Notes: generated by a model not told the origin, from the letters alone. 64,000 nucleotides of DNA from Octopus vulgaris (GCA_951406725.2 OX597818.1:75764001-75828000); one strand, 5' to 3'; counted from the first letter of the stretch, positions 9,958 to 24,462 are shown. Translations and numbers: made by a program.

Positions 9958-12531
9958 GTAAGCACCCTTCTATTTTACTTCAGTCATTTACTGTAATGCA
10001 CTCTATGCCTTTACACCACTTCATAGTCATTCAATTGGTGACCTAGGTCTCTGAGTTATTTGAGCTCCACTGCAATTAATTATGAAGTATACTTGTCTAC
10101 CTCTTCAAATGTAACTAATACAAATCTGTACATCATTGTGTCACATCATCATCATCATCATGATCGTCTTCTATCTGTGTGTGTGTGCATGTTCCATACT
10201 AGCATGGGTTGGATGGTTTGACAGGATCTGACAGGTTCAAGGACCAAATCATGTTCCAATATCTGCTTTGACATGGTTTCTAAGGCTGGATGTCCTTCCT
10301 GATGCCATCCACCTTACAGAGTGTACAGGCTACTTTTTTTTGTTGCACCAGCACTAGTGAGGTCACTATGTAGTTCACAATACTAAGGACCCCTTTTATG
10401 AGAGAGAGTGAGAAAGAGGAGAGAGAGACAGACAGACAGAGACACAGACAGGTTAACGATACAAGATGAGAGTTTAAAGTATGAAAGAAGGGGTCATAAC
10501 AGAATAGGTTCCTTGCTCTAGAGGAGCTACAATGCTACACACATTATAGAAAAGAGGGTAGGAATAACTAGGGCAGAGCTGGAAAGAGAGATAAAATAGT
10601 GGTTATGAGGTGCACTCATAACCACTATTTTAGTTTGCTGGTTGGTATCCCATCCTAACACCAACCACTTTAGAATGTACTAGATACTTTCTCATGGCAC
10701 TGGCACATCAAGTAACTCACCAAACAAGACCTTTTGACTGAGTGGATCTGCAGTTATGAGGGAGTGGTTTTCTGCCTTTCCCTTGGATAACACTGGTGGC
10801 ATGGAGAGGGGAGGCTGGTATGCATGGGCGACTGCTGGTCTTCCATAAACAACCTTGCCGGGACTTGTGCCTGGGAGGGTAACTTTCTAGGTGCAATCCC
10901 ACGGTCAGTCATGACCGAAGGGGGTCTCAATTATGGTGATTATTTGACTACAAATCTTGATTCATCCTTCTCCTCTTCCTCATCATCATCATTTAACTTG
11001 GGTTGGGCAGTTTGACTGCCTCAAAGCTGCATTGAGTTCCAAATTAATTTGTCTTATTGAGAGGTGTTTCCATATATAGCAGCCAATGTGGATCTTTGTG
11101 TTTTTTGTCACTGTCTGCAATTTTGTTCCAATTATTTTCAAATTTGGCATATGGAAGATTTGTATACTAATTAGGAAAATGAAATTCATTTTTCCTATAA
11201 ATCCATAATTAAAAACTTATTAGCCTTTAAAATTTGCAAAACTTGGGTATTTTAGCCAATCAGAAGTGAGTATTTTACATATCACCATGGTGAAGAATTC
11301 TGTTTTCATAGTAACCAAAGCAAAGAAGCACCACGTTTTCCATAGCTGATTGCAAAGAACTCTGTTTCCATAATAACCAAAAATGCTGCACATGCACACA
11401 AGGAGTGTAACCACCACGTGTTCTATAATTGTTTACTTTCATAACAGAAGGAATTCAATTCTAGTACAATATAGAGATTTTAGAACAGCAATGTGATGGC
11501 CACAACTTTCATTCTTGTATTTTTTTAAACTAATAAATGTCTGTTTTAAGCAATGTTTTGACTGTTATTTCTAGCAACTCCTGTTGGTATGTTTGTAGCT
11601 TTTAGATATTTAATTTGCTCCCGAATGTTTAAATGTTTTTCACTGTTTACTGTAGCTAGTTTAATGTTTTGACATGCCGGTGGCCCCTACCTCCTCACTA
11701 ATGATGGAAAAGGCAGCAAACACGCTTTTTTCTGATTGGCTGAAAATTCTGTAAACTTTGAACACCTGTAACATTTTCACAAAATTTTTCTGGAATAAAT
11801 GAATAGCAAATTCGGATTCAGCATCAAAAATTACATCTGTATGATACATTAGAAATTTTTTTAAAGATTTCGACATGCAGCGACAAAAACCACAAAGATC
11901 TGCCAATGTATAAATGGTTGAAGTGCTTTGCTTTGCCTTGGGTCCTCAATTCCTTGATGGGGTTATACAGGTAGTGTTGTGACATGCAGCATGTTTGGGG
12001 TATTTTTAGACTTGGTGGACCCTGTTTCTCTTCATGTCTGTCCACAGCTGATTTCTTCCAAAAGGATTGACAGACACACTGACAGAAGGAAAGAATTTAC
12101 CCCAATACAGAACTGGTATTTTGTATCTCAACCCTGAAAGGATTTGAACTTAGACAACTGGAATGTTTACCACAAAGCAGTATATCTGACACTAATGAAT
12201 CTGCTAGTTGATCACCTTTAGTTGATGTGCAGTGATTTTTGTATAAATATTTACCATGCACATATTGTCTGCATTGTACAGCAGCCTGGTTAGAGAGTGT
12301 CATAACATTTCATACTCCATTATTTCAGTTAAAGATAGGTGAGGGTACTTTCACCCCCAACTGTTAAAGTACTCTGACTACAACTCCATGAGAAACTCAG
12401 TGAACATAATAAAAGTGTATAGAGTGGTATGTGAGAATTAATATCAATGTCTTCTCTTTTTATTTTTATTTCTTTCGTCAAAAACAATCCAATTTAGTTT
12501 TAAAAAGAAACTGAAATTGGTTGAATTTCAG

Positions 12532-12614
12532 ATCTGGAGAATCGTGCCAATGAGAGAAAGCACTTAAAGATGGAAAGGGAAGCTCGGAAGAGAAGAGAAA
12601 TGGAAGAAAAATTG
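12532..12614 (+). CDS. CCDC191: CCDC191-like exon
   Basis: TTTCAG acceptor and GTAGAT donor. LENRANERKHLKMEREARKRREMEEKL resembles CCDC191 MEERA..R..EEEKL. Confidence 0.8.
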
Positions 12615-13513
12615 GTAGATCTATTTAAGTTGAATTTTTTCAATGCACATGTGTGCACACACATGTGTGCACACACATATGCACCAAATTCACTTACAAG
12701 GCATTGGTTAGCTTGGGGCTGTAGTATCAGACACTTGCCCAAAGTGCTACTATGTAGCACTGAACCTAAAATCAGGTGGTTTGGAAGTGAACTTCTCAAC
12801 CACACAGACCATACCCACAATATCAGAAAAATTAAGAGTAGATTTTCCCCTTCTGGAAATATGCCAAGGGAATGTTAGAAACAATGATTTGGTCTTGCTC
12901 CCCAGTATTTTGAATTCAAATCCTGCTGAAGTTGGCATAAGTAGCAGTAACATACTGGGATTGGTGGGTGCAGGCATGACAGTACAGTAACGAAGTGTGC
13001 TTCCTAACCATGTGGTTTTGGGTTCAGTTCCATTGCGTGGCATCTTGGGCAAGTGTCTTGGGCCAATCAAAGCCTTGTGAGTGAATTTGGTAGATGGAAA
13101 CTGAAAGAAGCCTGTCATGTATGTATATATATGTGTGTATGTGTGCTCATGCAATTATGTCTTCTTGTCTTGACGCCACATGATTGCTGTAAATAAGTGT
13201 CACTGTCATATAATCAGTGTCCTTCATTTCCTATATTCTGCAAAAACATGTCTGGCCATGGGAAAATTGATGACAGAAAGGGCATCCCATTGTAGAAAAT
13301 CTACCTCAGTAAACTCTGTCCAACCCTCACTTTGCATGCTACTATTTATAGCTTTGTCTATTTTTGAGATCAACCATTCCAAACTGTTTATGATGAATAT
13401 TTTATTTAATGTCTTCCACCTCCCACTCTGTTTATTGACATTGGACAAACACATCTTTGTAATGCTCCATCTGTTATTTACCCTAACATTAATCTTATTT
13501 TATATATTGTCAG

Positions 13514-13615
13514 ATGATGGAGAAAAAATGTATAGAGGAGCGTATCAAGGCAGAAAAAGATGAGAGGAGAGCTCGCGTGAAAGCAATTGAACAGCAGAAA
13601 CGTTTAGAGGAACAG
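13514..13615 (+). CDS. CCDC191: CCDC191-like exon
   Basis: GTCAG/GTATT boundaries, 102 nt, phase 0/0; MMEKKCIEERIKAEKDERRARVKAIEQQKRLEEQ. Confidence 0.8.
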
Positions 13616-16600
13616 GTATTTCTATTTCATTCTTACTTCTATAGTGCTTGCTAGAAGGCTTTGCTTACAGGTGTTGCTGTGTGACTGTGGAGGCATATGG
13701 CCTAGTGGATAGGGTGTTGGGTACATGATTGTAAGATTATGGTTTTGATTCCTGGACAACGTGTTGTGTTCTTCAGAAAAACACTTCATTTCAAGTTGCT
13801 CCAGTCCACTCATCTGGCAAAAATTAGTAATCCTGCAATGGACCTACATCCCATTCAGGTGAGGAATTTATATACCATGGAAACTAGTAAACCAGCCTTT
13901 ATGAGTCAGCATGACTCAAGAATGTAACTAGCTTTATGGCTGTGTGAATAAGTGTTATACTGTAGCCTTGAGTGAGGAATTTGGTTGACACAAACTGCAC
14001 AAAAAGTTGTTGTATTTCTCCAATGATTGCTAGAAGACTGTACTTACAGGTATGGCTGTTTGATTAAGAAGTTTGCTTTGCAACCGTTTTGGCTCCTAGT
14101 TCAAGCCACAGTGTGGTACTTTGGTTAAATTCTCTTCCATAGCCTTTTGAGTGGAAATTGTGCAGATATACATCATCATCATCATCATCGTTTAACATCC
14201 ACTTTCCATTCTAGCATGGGTTAGACGATTTGACTGGGGACTTGTGAATCAGATGGTTGCACCAGGTTCCAATCTGATCTGGCAGAGTTTCTACAGCTGG
14301 ATGCCCTTCCTAATGCCAACCACTCCGAGAGTGTAGTGGGTGCTTTTACGTGCCACTGACACGAGGGCCAGTTAGGTGGTACTGGCAATGGCCATGCTCA
14401 AATGGTGTTTTTTACATGCCACCTGTACAGGAGCCAGTCCAGCGGCACTGGCAACGACCTCGCTGGAATATTTTTTCACTTGCCAGTAAGGCGACGCTGT
14501 TAAAGATCATACTCGACACATATAGATAATCATCATCATTGTCACTGTCATTTTATATTTATATTTCTATGCTGGCATGAGTTGAACTGAGCCAGTTCTT
14601 ATTCAGAGTTACTACCTTCTTATGTGTTTGTGTGTATACTGATGCATTAAAATATTTATAAATTCCATCCATGGATTATTATTATTATTACTACATTTAT
14701 CGTACATTATATTGGCACAGCTCGGTGCAACGCCATAAAATTGCTATTGCAAATTGATATCATTAGGTTGTAGCTGATATATTAAAATAGGAGCTTTTAA
14801 ATGCCTATTCAAAAACGTTTCCTGTTAATGAATTTAAAGAATACAAACATATATATGTATATAGTGACACATAAAAAATATGTTCCGAGTGTTAGGTCTC
14901 ACAAAGGTAAAGTGGCTGAGCTCCTTTCAAGTGTTCAGCTTCATGGAGGCAATGACCAAAACCTTTGGCATTATATCATGTTTGAGAAGACCCATCAAGC
15001 CAAGCAAAACTGTAGTCATGGCAGATACCAGTGTCATGCAAATAGCACCCATGCTGGTGCCACATAAAGCACCCATTATACTCTTGGAGTGGTTGACTGT
15101 AGAAACCATGCCAAATCAGACTGGAGTCTGGTGCAGCCTTCCGGCTTGCCAGCCCTGGTCAAACCATCCAACCCATGCCAACATGGACAATGGACGTTAA
15201 ATGATTATGATGATGATAATAAAGTGTGAGAAAGAGAGAGAGAGATGGAACGTAAGAGAGACTTCCATGTATATGTATATTTTTTGCATATTTGTAAAAA
15301 AAACATCAATGCAAAAAAAAAACAAAGCAAAAGTAAAAAATGGCATTTCACACTGTGTTAGAGACACTTTCTTGTGACTTTCACATTAGAAATAATGTAT
15401 AAACAATGATTGGTCTATTGAAAACCTGTAAGTAGTGATGTCATTATTGACTGTTTGTGATGTATTAATTAACTAAATATAAATATATAAATAAATTAAT
15501 AAATATGTCAGTTATAAGGATACCACTTGTAGATTTTGTCCTTATGTTGTGTATCTAAGGCAGAACAGCCTGACATAACTTGCCAGCTCACTCCAGTTGT
15601 ACTCCACAGGTAATAGGTCAGATAGAACTTACAAATAGATCTTTATCCTATATATATAGTCAGCTTGACAGAGCTTGCCAGTTCACCCTACTCTAAGTTG
15701 TACCCTACAAATAGTTGACTTGACACACCTTACTAATACACCCTCCTCTAGATTATACCTCTCAGTTAGACAGCCTGACAGACTTTAGTGGCTTGCTCTT
15801 CCCCAAGCTCTATACTAACCACAGTGGTAACATGTACTCAGCACTGTATATTAACAAAGCTCTCTTTAAGTTTACAGTGCTGCCAATATTTACAGCTGTG
15901 AATTGTTCCTATGTGCTGCATTTTGCAGCATGGCATTGTATAAGACACACCTTGATTTTGCCACCATGGGTAATATCAGGAAATATATTATACATAAAAT
16001 AATTGTAATTTAACTTTTTATCAAATTTCTAGGTGCTTATACAAAATAAAATGAAAACTAATTTCCAAAATAAAAATATTTATTATCTTAAAATTAAAAT
16101 TGAACCAATCTCTCAATTGTATAACCATAACTACTCTTGCTCTCACGTATCCCCTCTCTTTCTGCTACAAACCTTAGTATGTACATTCATCTTGTATCTC
16201 TAAATGTATTTCTCTCTGTATCTCTCCTTGACTTTCTTTCTCCCCTCTCTCTAAAAAATTTAAAGTATGACTAATCAACTAACCAAGATGTATATCAGCT
16301 ATTACTCTATGTAACATGAATTTTGTCATTGGGTAGCAACTGTTATTATCTATTTGCTTACCCCTGGAAAGCATGTAAAATGGCTTATATTTCCTTCAAA
16401 CTTTGCTTTTGTTACATTTATTCAAACCCCAAAGAATTCCTCTCATCACATGACTAGCATGCTCCCCAACTACTACTGGTCACGATCAGAGATGCACATA
16501 TTGTCAGCCACTAAGGGACATGCTCAAGTGGTTATGGTTAAGCAACTGACAAGCAAATCTGTGGTATTGAGCAGAATATTTGCTATTATGATATTTCTGC

Positions 16601-18523
16601 TTCAGCAACTCAGTGATGAATCTGTCTGAAATATAATGGAAAATAGGTCAGTTTCATAACAGTCATGTCTGAGTAACACAAGCAAAGTTTGAAGGGAATA
16701 GTAGTCATTTCTTTTGATTTCTAGATAGAAGCAAATAGGAAATAACACTTACTGACCAAAGACAAACAAAAATTACAATTTTGTTACATAGTCTTATATA
16801 TAGAAGGATATCCACCTTACATGCTGGTATGCAGTGCATGGTCTGACATGGTTGTTAGGTGTTAGATGACTATGTTGTGTTCCATTGCCTCAATTTCAAC
16901 ATGGTTACTTTGGCTTGATGCCCTCTCTATTGCCAACTACCTTACAAGGTATGCTGGATACTTTATTCATTACACCAGCCTTAGTGAGGTTGTTTTGTAA
17001 TTAGCAACACTAAAGAATTACATCAATGTAAGGAGAAATTCATTGTAAACTAATATAATATTGTGTTACAACTAAACTGATGCTAATTAATTAGAGGCAC
17101 ACTAAGCAATGTTGACTAAAATATAGGTGTGCACAATCAGATTTACCATGTTCATGTACACTCAAACATAGAAAAACATATACTGCAGAAAGTGTTTCAA
17201 GAGAAAAAAAATATCTTCTTATAGACAATATGAAGAAAACATACCATTAGGCCATATGATGCATGTATTTCTGCATCTTTGCATGTTGTCAGCTATGGAT
17301 ACCAAGTTGTTATTCATATCCATCAGAAGCTTTGTCAAATTGGAATTAACTAATTAGAGGCATGCTAAACAGGTTTAAATGAAATATGATTGTACACACT
17401 TATATAAAATGATGTTATTGATTTACTTGACCAGATAAAAAATGAGTTAATTTTTAATCTGTAAAATATCACTTGAAGAGCATAAATTAGCTGATAAAAT
17501 GTTACAGTAAATAAATACCAAACCACATATCTCTCACTTTTGAGTTTTCTGACTATAATTAGTGCTTATAATGTCTGTTAACACCACTATTTAAACAATC
17601 TTAGCAGTTAATTTATAATTTAATTCCTGGTATTATTCCCTATTACAAACATTGAACTAAAGTGAGACATATTGCATTGTGCACTAGTAAAATTAACCTA
17701 TCCTGCTATCACTAAGTGACTGAGGAATTATTTTCTGGAGAAAAGCTGACACATTTTAAATAGTTTAATATCTAATTTAATGGAATAGAATGAAGAGCTT
17801 TGTTGTATCATCCATAATGCAGCATGAGTGCCATCAATGGCCTCTTTTCTCTCTCTGTTTCAAACTCATGCTTATATTATTCATCATTTGATGAGATTTG
17901 GTCTTTTTATTTTTTTATTTTATTATTATTACAATGGTGAACTGGCAGAATTGTTAAAGCATTAACAAAAAGGCATTGCAGTATTTGTTCTGGCTCTTTC
18001 TTTTCTAAGTTCATATTTTGCTGAGGTTAATTTTGCTTTCGAGGTTGATAAAATAAAATATTAGTCAAGTACTTGTCAATGTATACCCCACTCCCTGTCA
18101 TGTCAAAATTTGAAACCATTTCCGCCAGAGTTAACTTTGACTTTCTTCCCTTTGGGTTGATAAATTAAATACCAGTGAAACACTGGGGTTGATGTAAGCG
18201 ACTAATCCCCTCCTGCAAAATTTCAGGCCTTGTGCCTTTAGTAGAAAGGATTATTATTATTATTATTGAGGTAGTGAGCTGACAAGATCATTAGCATGCT
18301 GAGCAAAATGTTTAGTGGTATTTCATCTGTCTTCATGTTCTGAGTTCAAATTCCATAACAGTCAACTTTGCCTTTCTTCCTTCCAGGGTCAATAATGTAA
18401 GTACTAGTTGCACATTGGGGTTGTTGTAACTGACTTACTCATTCCCTTGAAAATTGCTGGCTTTGTGCTAAAATTTGAAGCCATTGTTGTTGTTGTTTCC
18501 TTATATTATGTTGGACATTTCAG

Positions 18524-18702
18524 AGAAAAGCTGAGCAAGAACAGAGAATGAAAGAGTTGGAAGAATTAAACTCAAAAGCTGATGATTTCTATAGACTATA
18601 TTTGTTGAAAATATATGGAGTTTTACCTTGGAAGGAGTTTATAGCCAAGATACATAACACTGAATCTAAAGCTATTGAAATGGACAAATGTAGAATTCAG
18701 AA
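18524..18702 (+). CDS. CCDC191: CCDC191-like exon
   Basis: TTTCAG/GTAAGT boundaries. KADDFYRLYLLKIYGVLPWK matches the CCDC191 motif HYERVLLRKKGLEPWK (recalled). Confidence 0.85.
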
Positions 18703-19998
18703 GTAAGTATTCTTTTGACAACCTGACAAAGCTCATCATATAAGTTCATGCGTTGTTTTGGGTTCAGACCTTTTTCTTATTTCTTCAAAGCAAGGCCCTG
18801 CTAGTGCTGCCAGAAAAAACACATCTCATCATGGCACAGTGACACATAAAAGCACCCATGCTGGTGATGTATAGGGTACCTATGCCTGTGACACAGAAGA
18901 CTGGTTGGCATTAGGAATGGTATCCAACCAGAGAACTAAGCCAAAACAGGTGACTGAAGCCTGCTGCAGCTCTCCAGCTTACCAATTCCACTCAAACTGT
19001 CTAAGCTATGCCAGCATGGAAAATGGACATTAAATAATAATAATGATGATGATGTTGACAACACTGCTGCCATTGCAGATGCTGCCATTGAGGGTGACAA
19101 ATTATATTAATAAATTATATTTATATGAGCTCAAATTTCTTTAGGCTTTTTTTACCCTATAGAATTAGCTTCTTTTAGATAACATTGACATAAAATAAAG
19201 ATAGAGTGCCACTACCTATGTATATAGACTTCTGTCAGACATAGATAAAATATAGATAGATTATTGTCTAACATAATTGAAGTAGAAAGACTATAGAACA
19301 CTATCTAACATAATCAATTTAAATAAAAACTTGGTTAACATAGATAGAATATAGACTAGTGTACCACTGTCAAACATAGTCAGGTATTTAGTTAGAATAT
19401 AGATAATCTTTTGTACTATTAACTATCAATATAGAAAGATTATAGAACCACTACTACCATCAACATTGTCATCATCATCAATTAATATCCATGTTCAGTG
19501 CTGACACAGGTTGGACAGTTTGACAGGACTTGATGGGCCCAAAGGACTGACTGCATTGTGCTCTTGTGTTTTGCATGGTTTCTATGGTTGGATGCCCTTC
19601 TTAGCACCAAACATTTTACAGCATGTAAAGGATGCTTTTTTCATGACATTAGTACTATTGAGGTCACCATGCAGCTTGCAAAACTATGAACTTCAAGTGC
19701 GTTTTTATGTATATTTAAACAATACAAACACACACACACACATCACACATCCTAGGAGACATGTGGCTCAGTGGTTAGAGCATCAAGCTTACAAATGTGA
19801 GGATTCCTGGACTTGACCGTGTGTTGTGTTTTTGAGCAAAATGCTTTATTTCACATTGCTCAAGTCAACTCAGCTGAAGGAATGAGTTGTGACATCACTG
19901 GTACCAAGCTGTATTTGCTTTTGCCTTTCCCTTGGACAACATTGGTGGTGTGGAGAAGGGAGGCTGGTATGCATGGGTGACTTCTGGTCTTCCATAAG

Positions 19999-20029
<31 letters not shown>

Positions 20030-20094
20030 TAGACATACATAAATACATACATACATACATATATATATAAATATATATATATATGTATGTATAT

Positions 20095-20789
20095 ATATAT
20101 GTTATTTAGTGATAGAAGTCCCCATGCAATTCATCAAATCCTAATATACATCACACCATATCATAGAATTTTATTTTAATGCTTACTATTTCAGTTCCAA
20201 ATTTCTCTTCTACATGTGTTTCATGAAGTGTGTTTAACGTTCCCTAGACACTCAGTCTTTTACAGGAACATGTCTTAACTGCAACCCCAATCATCAGGAC
20301 TCGTCATAACTTTTTCATAATTCAATAACTATTTCTATATTTTAATATTTTAACAGTTACAAATGTAACTAACAGATAAATATGCGTGTGTGCAAATAAA
20401 TTTGCCAAGCATTTGAATTTAGTTTTGTAAATTTTTAATTTTTAATCAATTAAATTATGGCTTGCACAGCAATGTTCAGTGAATTTATTTGCACACACGC
20501 ATATTTGTCTGTTAGTTACATTCGTAACTGTTAAAATATTAAAATATAGAAATAGTTATTGAGTTATAAAAAAGTTATGAAGAGTCCTGATGATTGGGGT
20601 TGCAGTTAAGACATGTTCCTGTAAAAGACTGAGTGTCTAGGGAACATTAAACACACTTCATGAAACACGTGTAGAAGAGAAATTTGGAACTGAAATAGTA
20701 AGTATTAAAATAAAATTCTATGATATGGTGTGATGTATATTAGGATTTGATGAATTGCATGGGGATTTCTATCTCTAAATAACATATAT
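20095..20789. repeat. long foldback inverted repeat (308-bp arms, 79-bp spacer), Penelope-like non-autonomous element
   Basis: 20095-20402 is the reverse complement of 20482-20789, with about 10 mismatches by eye. Flanked by (TA)n tracts. Confidence 0.85.
20582..20679 (+). ncRNA. candidate type I hammerhead ribozyme with long stem II (mirror copy on - at ~20205-20302)
   Basis: CTGATGA at 20587-20593, extended stem II, and GAAACACGTGTA at 20662-20673 with a palindromic stem III. Stem I is only 2 bp. Confidence 0.45.
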
Positions 20790-22094
20790 TTCCTTATCGA
20801 GAATAATTCAATATATTTGAATCCCTGACGCCGGAATTTTTTATTCCCTAATAAATAAAATAATCTAATATATATGGATAAATATATATATTTTTATATA
20901 TATATATATATACAGGAAAAATAGAAGTTGAAAATGCATTGAGAATAGCTAAAATATCTTTTATTAATATATTTGAAGCGTTAACCAATTTCACAGTTTA
21001 CACTGATTTCAAGAAGTTCAAATAGAAAGACGTAGCTTATGTTGCAAATCCTTTTCAAAATATATACTAATTTAAGCCATGAATTCCCTATAAAAACAGG
21101 ACAAACTTCAAACACTACTCAGAGCACCACCTTTAGTCGAGCAAATTGACCCCAAAACTTATTCATTGTAAACCTATATGGCACCAATATGAGTGCTTTT
21201 TATGTGGCACCAACACCAATATCAATTCCACATTCTTTAACAGTTTAAAACCTACTTTTCCATGCTTATTCTATCAATCTCTTTTGTCGAACCGCTAAGT
21301 TACGGCGACATAAACACACCAGCATCGGTTGTCGAGCGATGTTGAGAGGGGTTGGGGAGAAATACAGACACACACACACATATATATATGATGGGCTTCT
21401 TTCAGTTTCCGTCCACCAAATCCACTCACAAGGCTATAGTAAAAGACACTTGCCCAAGGTGCCATGCAGAGGGACTGAACCCGGAACCATGTGGTTGGTA
21501 AGCAAGCTACTTACCACACAGCCACTCCTGCATATAGTTTTTTTCCATATATGTAAATTACATAATCTACATAACCTAAAAGACAACAATAAAGTGAAGC
21601 TGTATGTACTGATATGTATCTGTATGGATCGACAAATATATACATACATACAAGTCCACACTGACATAGCCATATGTATATGTGTGTGTGTCTGTGTGTT
21701 TGTACATAATACATACATGCACACACACACACACGCGCACACACATCATTTTGTGTTTACTTTCCACACTGGTATGGGTTGGACAGGTCATCACAGTCCA
21801 ATTTAGTTCTTATTTCGAGGAGTTACTGCCTCCTTAAATGAATCAGAGTATCATGTACCATTCATATCCTTCGGTTTTTTTTTGTTTATTTTTCACTTGA
21901 TTTCCATGGCTGAATGACCATCCTAACACAAACTACTTTACAGAATGTACAAGGTGTGTTTTTTCATGGCACTAACATTAGGGAGGTTATGTTACACTGA
22001 TACAATAATACACGAGATAGAAGAGAGGGTAAGTGATAGATAAGATGGAGAGAGAGAGAGAGAGAGAAGTGAGTGTAAAGAAAAAGTGATTTCT

Positions 22095-22405
22095 ATCCGC
22101 TCAGTTGAAGTTGACTCTCGGTTATTCAATGGATCAGTGTTCTCCAGCCAGTTCTATCTTGGGTCGCTTCTTTCAGATTGACTATGGCCATTCTCGTGTC
22201 ACTCTTGATGGTGTCAAGCGGGTTCTTGGTCGGGCTCTTCCTCTCTTGCCACTGACCATTCCAAGCATGATGTCCTCCAGGGATTTTATCCGCATAATAT
22301 GATCAAAATATGCCAATCTATGCTTGGTGATCCTAGCTTTCAGCGATAGTTTTGGCTTGATCCAGTTAAGAACTTTTCCATTGGTGAGCCTCGCTGTCCA
22401 TGTAA
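22095..22405 (-). mobile_element. RTE/BovB-like LINE 3' fragment
   Basis: Minus translation LAYFDHIMRIKSLEDIMLGMVSGKRGRARPRTR resembles the RTE C-terminal GKRxRGRPR motif. Confidence 0.7.
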
Positions 22406-22730
22406 TCTGTAAAATGATTTAATAATAAGCATATTACAAGAGATGAAACTCTCTGTGAACTGTGGTCCATTCTATACTTTGGAAATATGTGTTTTATCAC
22501 CCGCTTCCTGTGATAAAACACACATTTCCAAAATATAGAATGGACCAAAGTTCACTGACAGTTTATCCCTGAATAGGTAACACAAGATGGTATAGATCAT
22601 AGCAGTGTGTAATTATCAGGATCATCATCTGTAGCCGTGGCAAAGTTTACCAAAGAGACAGTAATCCAATATCTTAGATTTTGGTTAAATTAATTAATAA
22701 TTATTGATCACTTTACTAATTTATTTTCAG

Positions 22731-22848
22731 AAATGTTTTAATGAGCTGGCACAACCATGTCCAAAAATTAATCAATGAGAAAACCAACTCTGCTGACATC
22801 TTCTATGAAAAAGCGTTAGTCAGGCGTCACTTCATCTGTTGGAAGAAT
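22731..22848 (+). CDS. CCDC191: CCDC191-like exon
   Basis: TTTTCAG/GTAAGT boundaries; NVLMSWHNHVQKLINEKTNSADIFYEKALVRRHFICWKN. Confidence 0.85.
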
Positions 22849-24389
22849 GTAAGTGTTTTGCATTGAAAAGTTAATTTTTAAAGAGATTTATGAGTTAAAA
22901 AACAGAGGTTTTTTCTGAGATAAAATATTACAAATAATGCTGTTCCACATTTGATTATACATCATAAGAACCAAAACCATCTGGTTCCAAAGCAAACTTC
23001 TTAACCATACAGCCACACACACCCACACTGGTATGTGTCTCTATATGTGTGTTAGTGTGTGTATATATATATATATATCTTTTAAATTTGTTTATGATAA
23101 CGTTTAAAATATGCAAATAAACTTCCTACTCCATTATTTCAGCCACCATCTAATTATGTTATCTAGTGAGCCAGTTTTTCAGCGGGGTTGCATCATTATA
23201 CCGATATAATGTAGGATAAATATAATAATAATGACAATAATCCTAGGATGGAATTCATAAATATTTAATGCATCGGTACATGTGTTTCCACAAATCACAT
23301 GACTCTTAAAAGTCATGTGATTTGTGGAAACTCATGTAGCCAATGCATTAAATATATATAAATACCATCCTAGGGTTATTGTTATTATATTATATATCAT
23401 CATCATTTAACATATGTTTTCCGTACTGGTATGGGTTGGATGGTTTGAGTAGTGTTGGTAAGTCCGGAGGCCACACCAGACTCCATCATCTGTTCTAGCA
23501 TGGTGTCTACAGCTGGTTACCCTTCCTAACACCAATCACTCCTCAGAATGTACTAGGTGCTTTTTATATGACACCAGTGCATTTAATATGGTACCAATAT
23601 GAGTGCTTTTTATGTGGCACCAACACCAATATCAATTCCACATTCTTTAACAGTTTAAAACCTACTTTTCCATGCTTCAGTGGGTCAGATTGAATTTGTT
23701 GTGGCAGATTTTCTATGCTATGATCAGACACCATTTTTTCCACCTGTTTTCAAGCAAGATAATATTTCTTCTTGGTCAGGCATATTTTTTACAGAAGACT
23801 GGAAGTGAACATCATCACTTGTATAAGTGATGTTCATTCACAGACTTCACATAATATCAAGACAAGGGTACACACAAATACATGCCCACACTTACACACA
23901 CACACACACATATATGAAATCATGGTCATAGCCAGTGCTGATGATATGTGAAAGGTACCCATGCTGGTAACACATGAGAGGCACTTGTGCCAGTGACATG
24001 TAAAAGGTACTTGGGCCAGTGACACATAAAAGACACTTATGCTGGTGAAACATAAAAAATACCCAGTACACTCTATGGAGTGGTCTGTGTTAAGAAGGGC
24101 ATCCAGCCATAGAAACCAAGCCAAAACAGACTGGAACCTGGTGCAGCTCTCCTGCTTACCAGTTCCAGTCAAATCCTCTTACATATTCCAGCATAGAAAA
24201 TGGATGCTAAATGATGATGAGGATGATATATATATACAACAAACTTCTTTCAGTTTCTGTCTACCAAATCCACCAGCAAGGCTTTGTCTATTCCGATCAT
24301 TTTAGTAGAAGGCACTTGCCAAAGGTGGTGTGTGGTGGAACTGAACCCAAAACCACCTGGTTGCAAAGCAAGCTTCTTAACTATACAGC

Positions 24390-24420
<31 letters not shown>

Positions 24421-24462
24421 TCTGGTTTAAAGAAGAATAAACCAAAACATTATTTTATGCAG

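Noticed and set aside
11640-11900. Possible DNA-transposon end (TTCGGATTCAGCATCAAAAAT motif)
   Set aside because: No partner TIR or TSD could be identified, so it was not classified.
20975-21015. Minus-strand CTTGAAATCAGT..ACTGTGAAATTGGTT as a decayed hammerhead
   Set aside because: Too many core substitutions to support without a family consensus.
23930-23965. CTGATGATATGTGAAAGGTAC as a hammerhead core
   Set aside because: No stem II, stem III or stem I pairing; it is a variant of a SINE-internal GTGACACGTAAAAG repeat.
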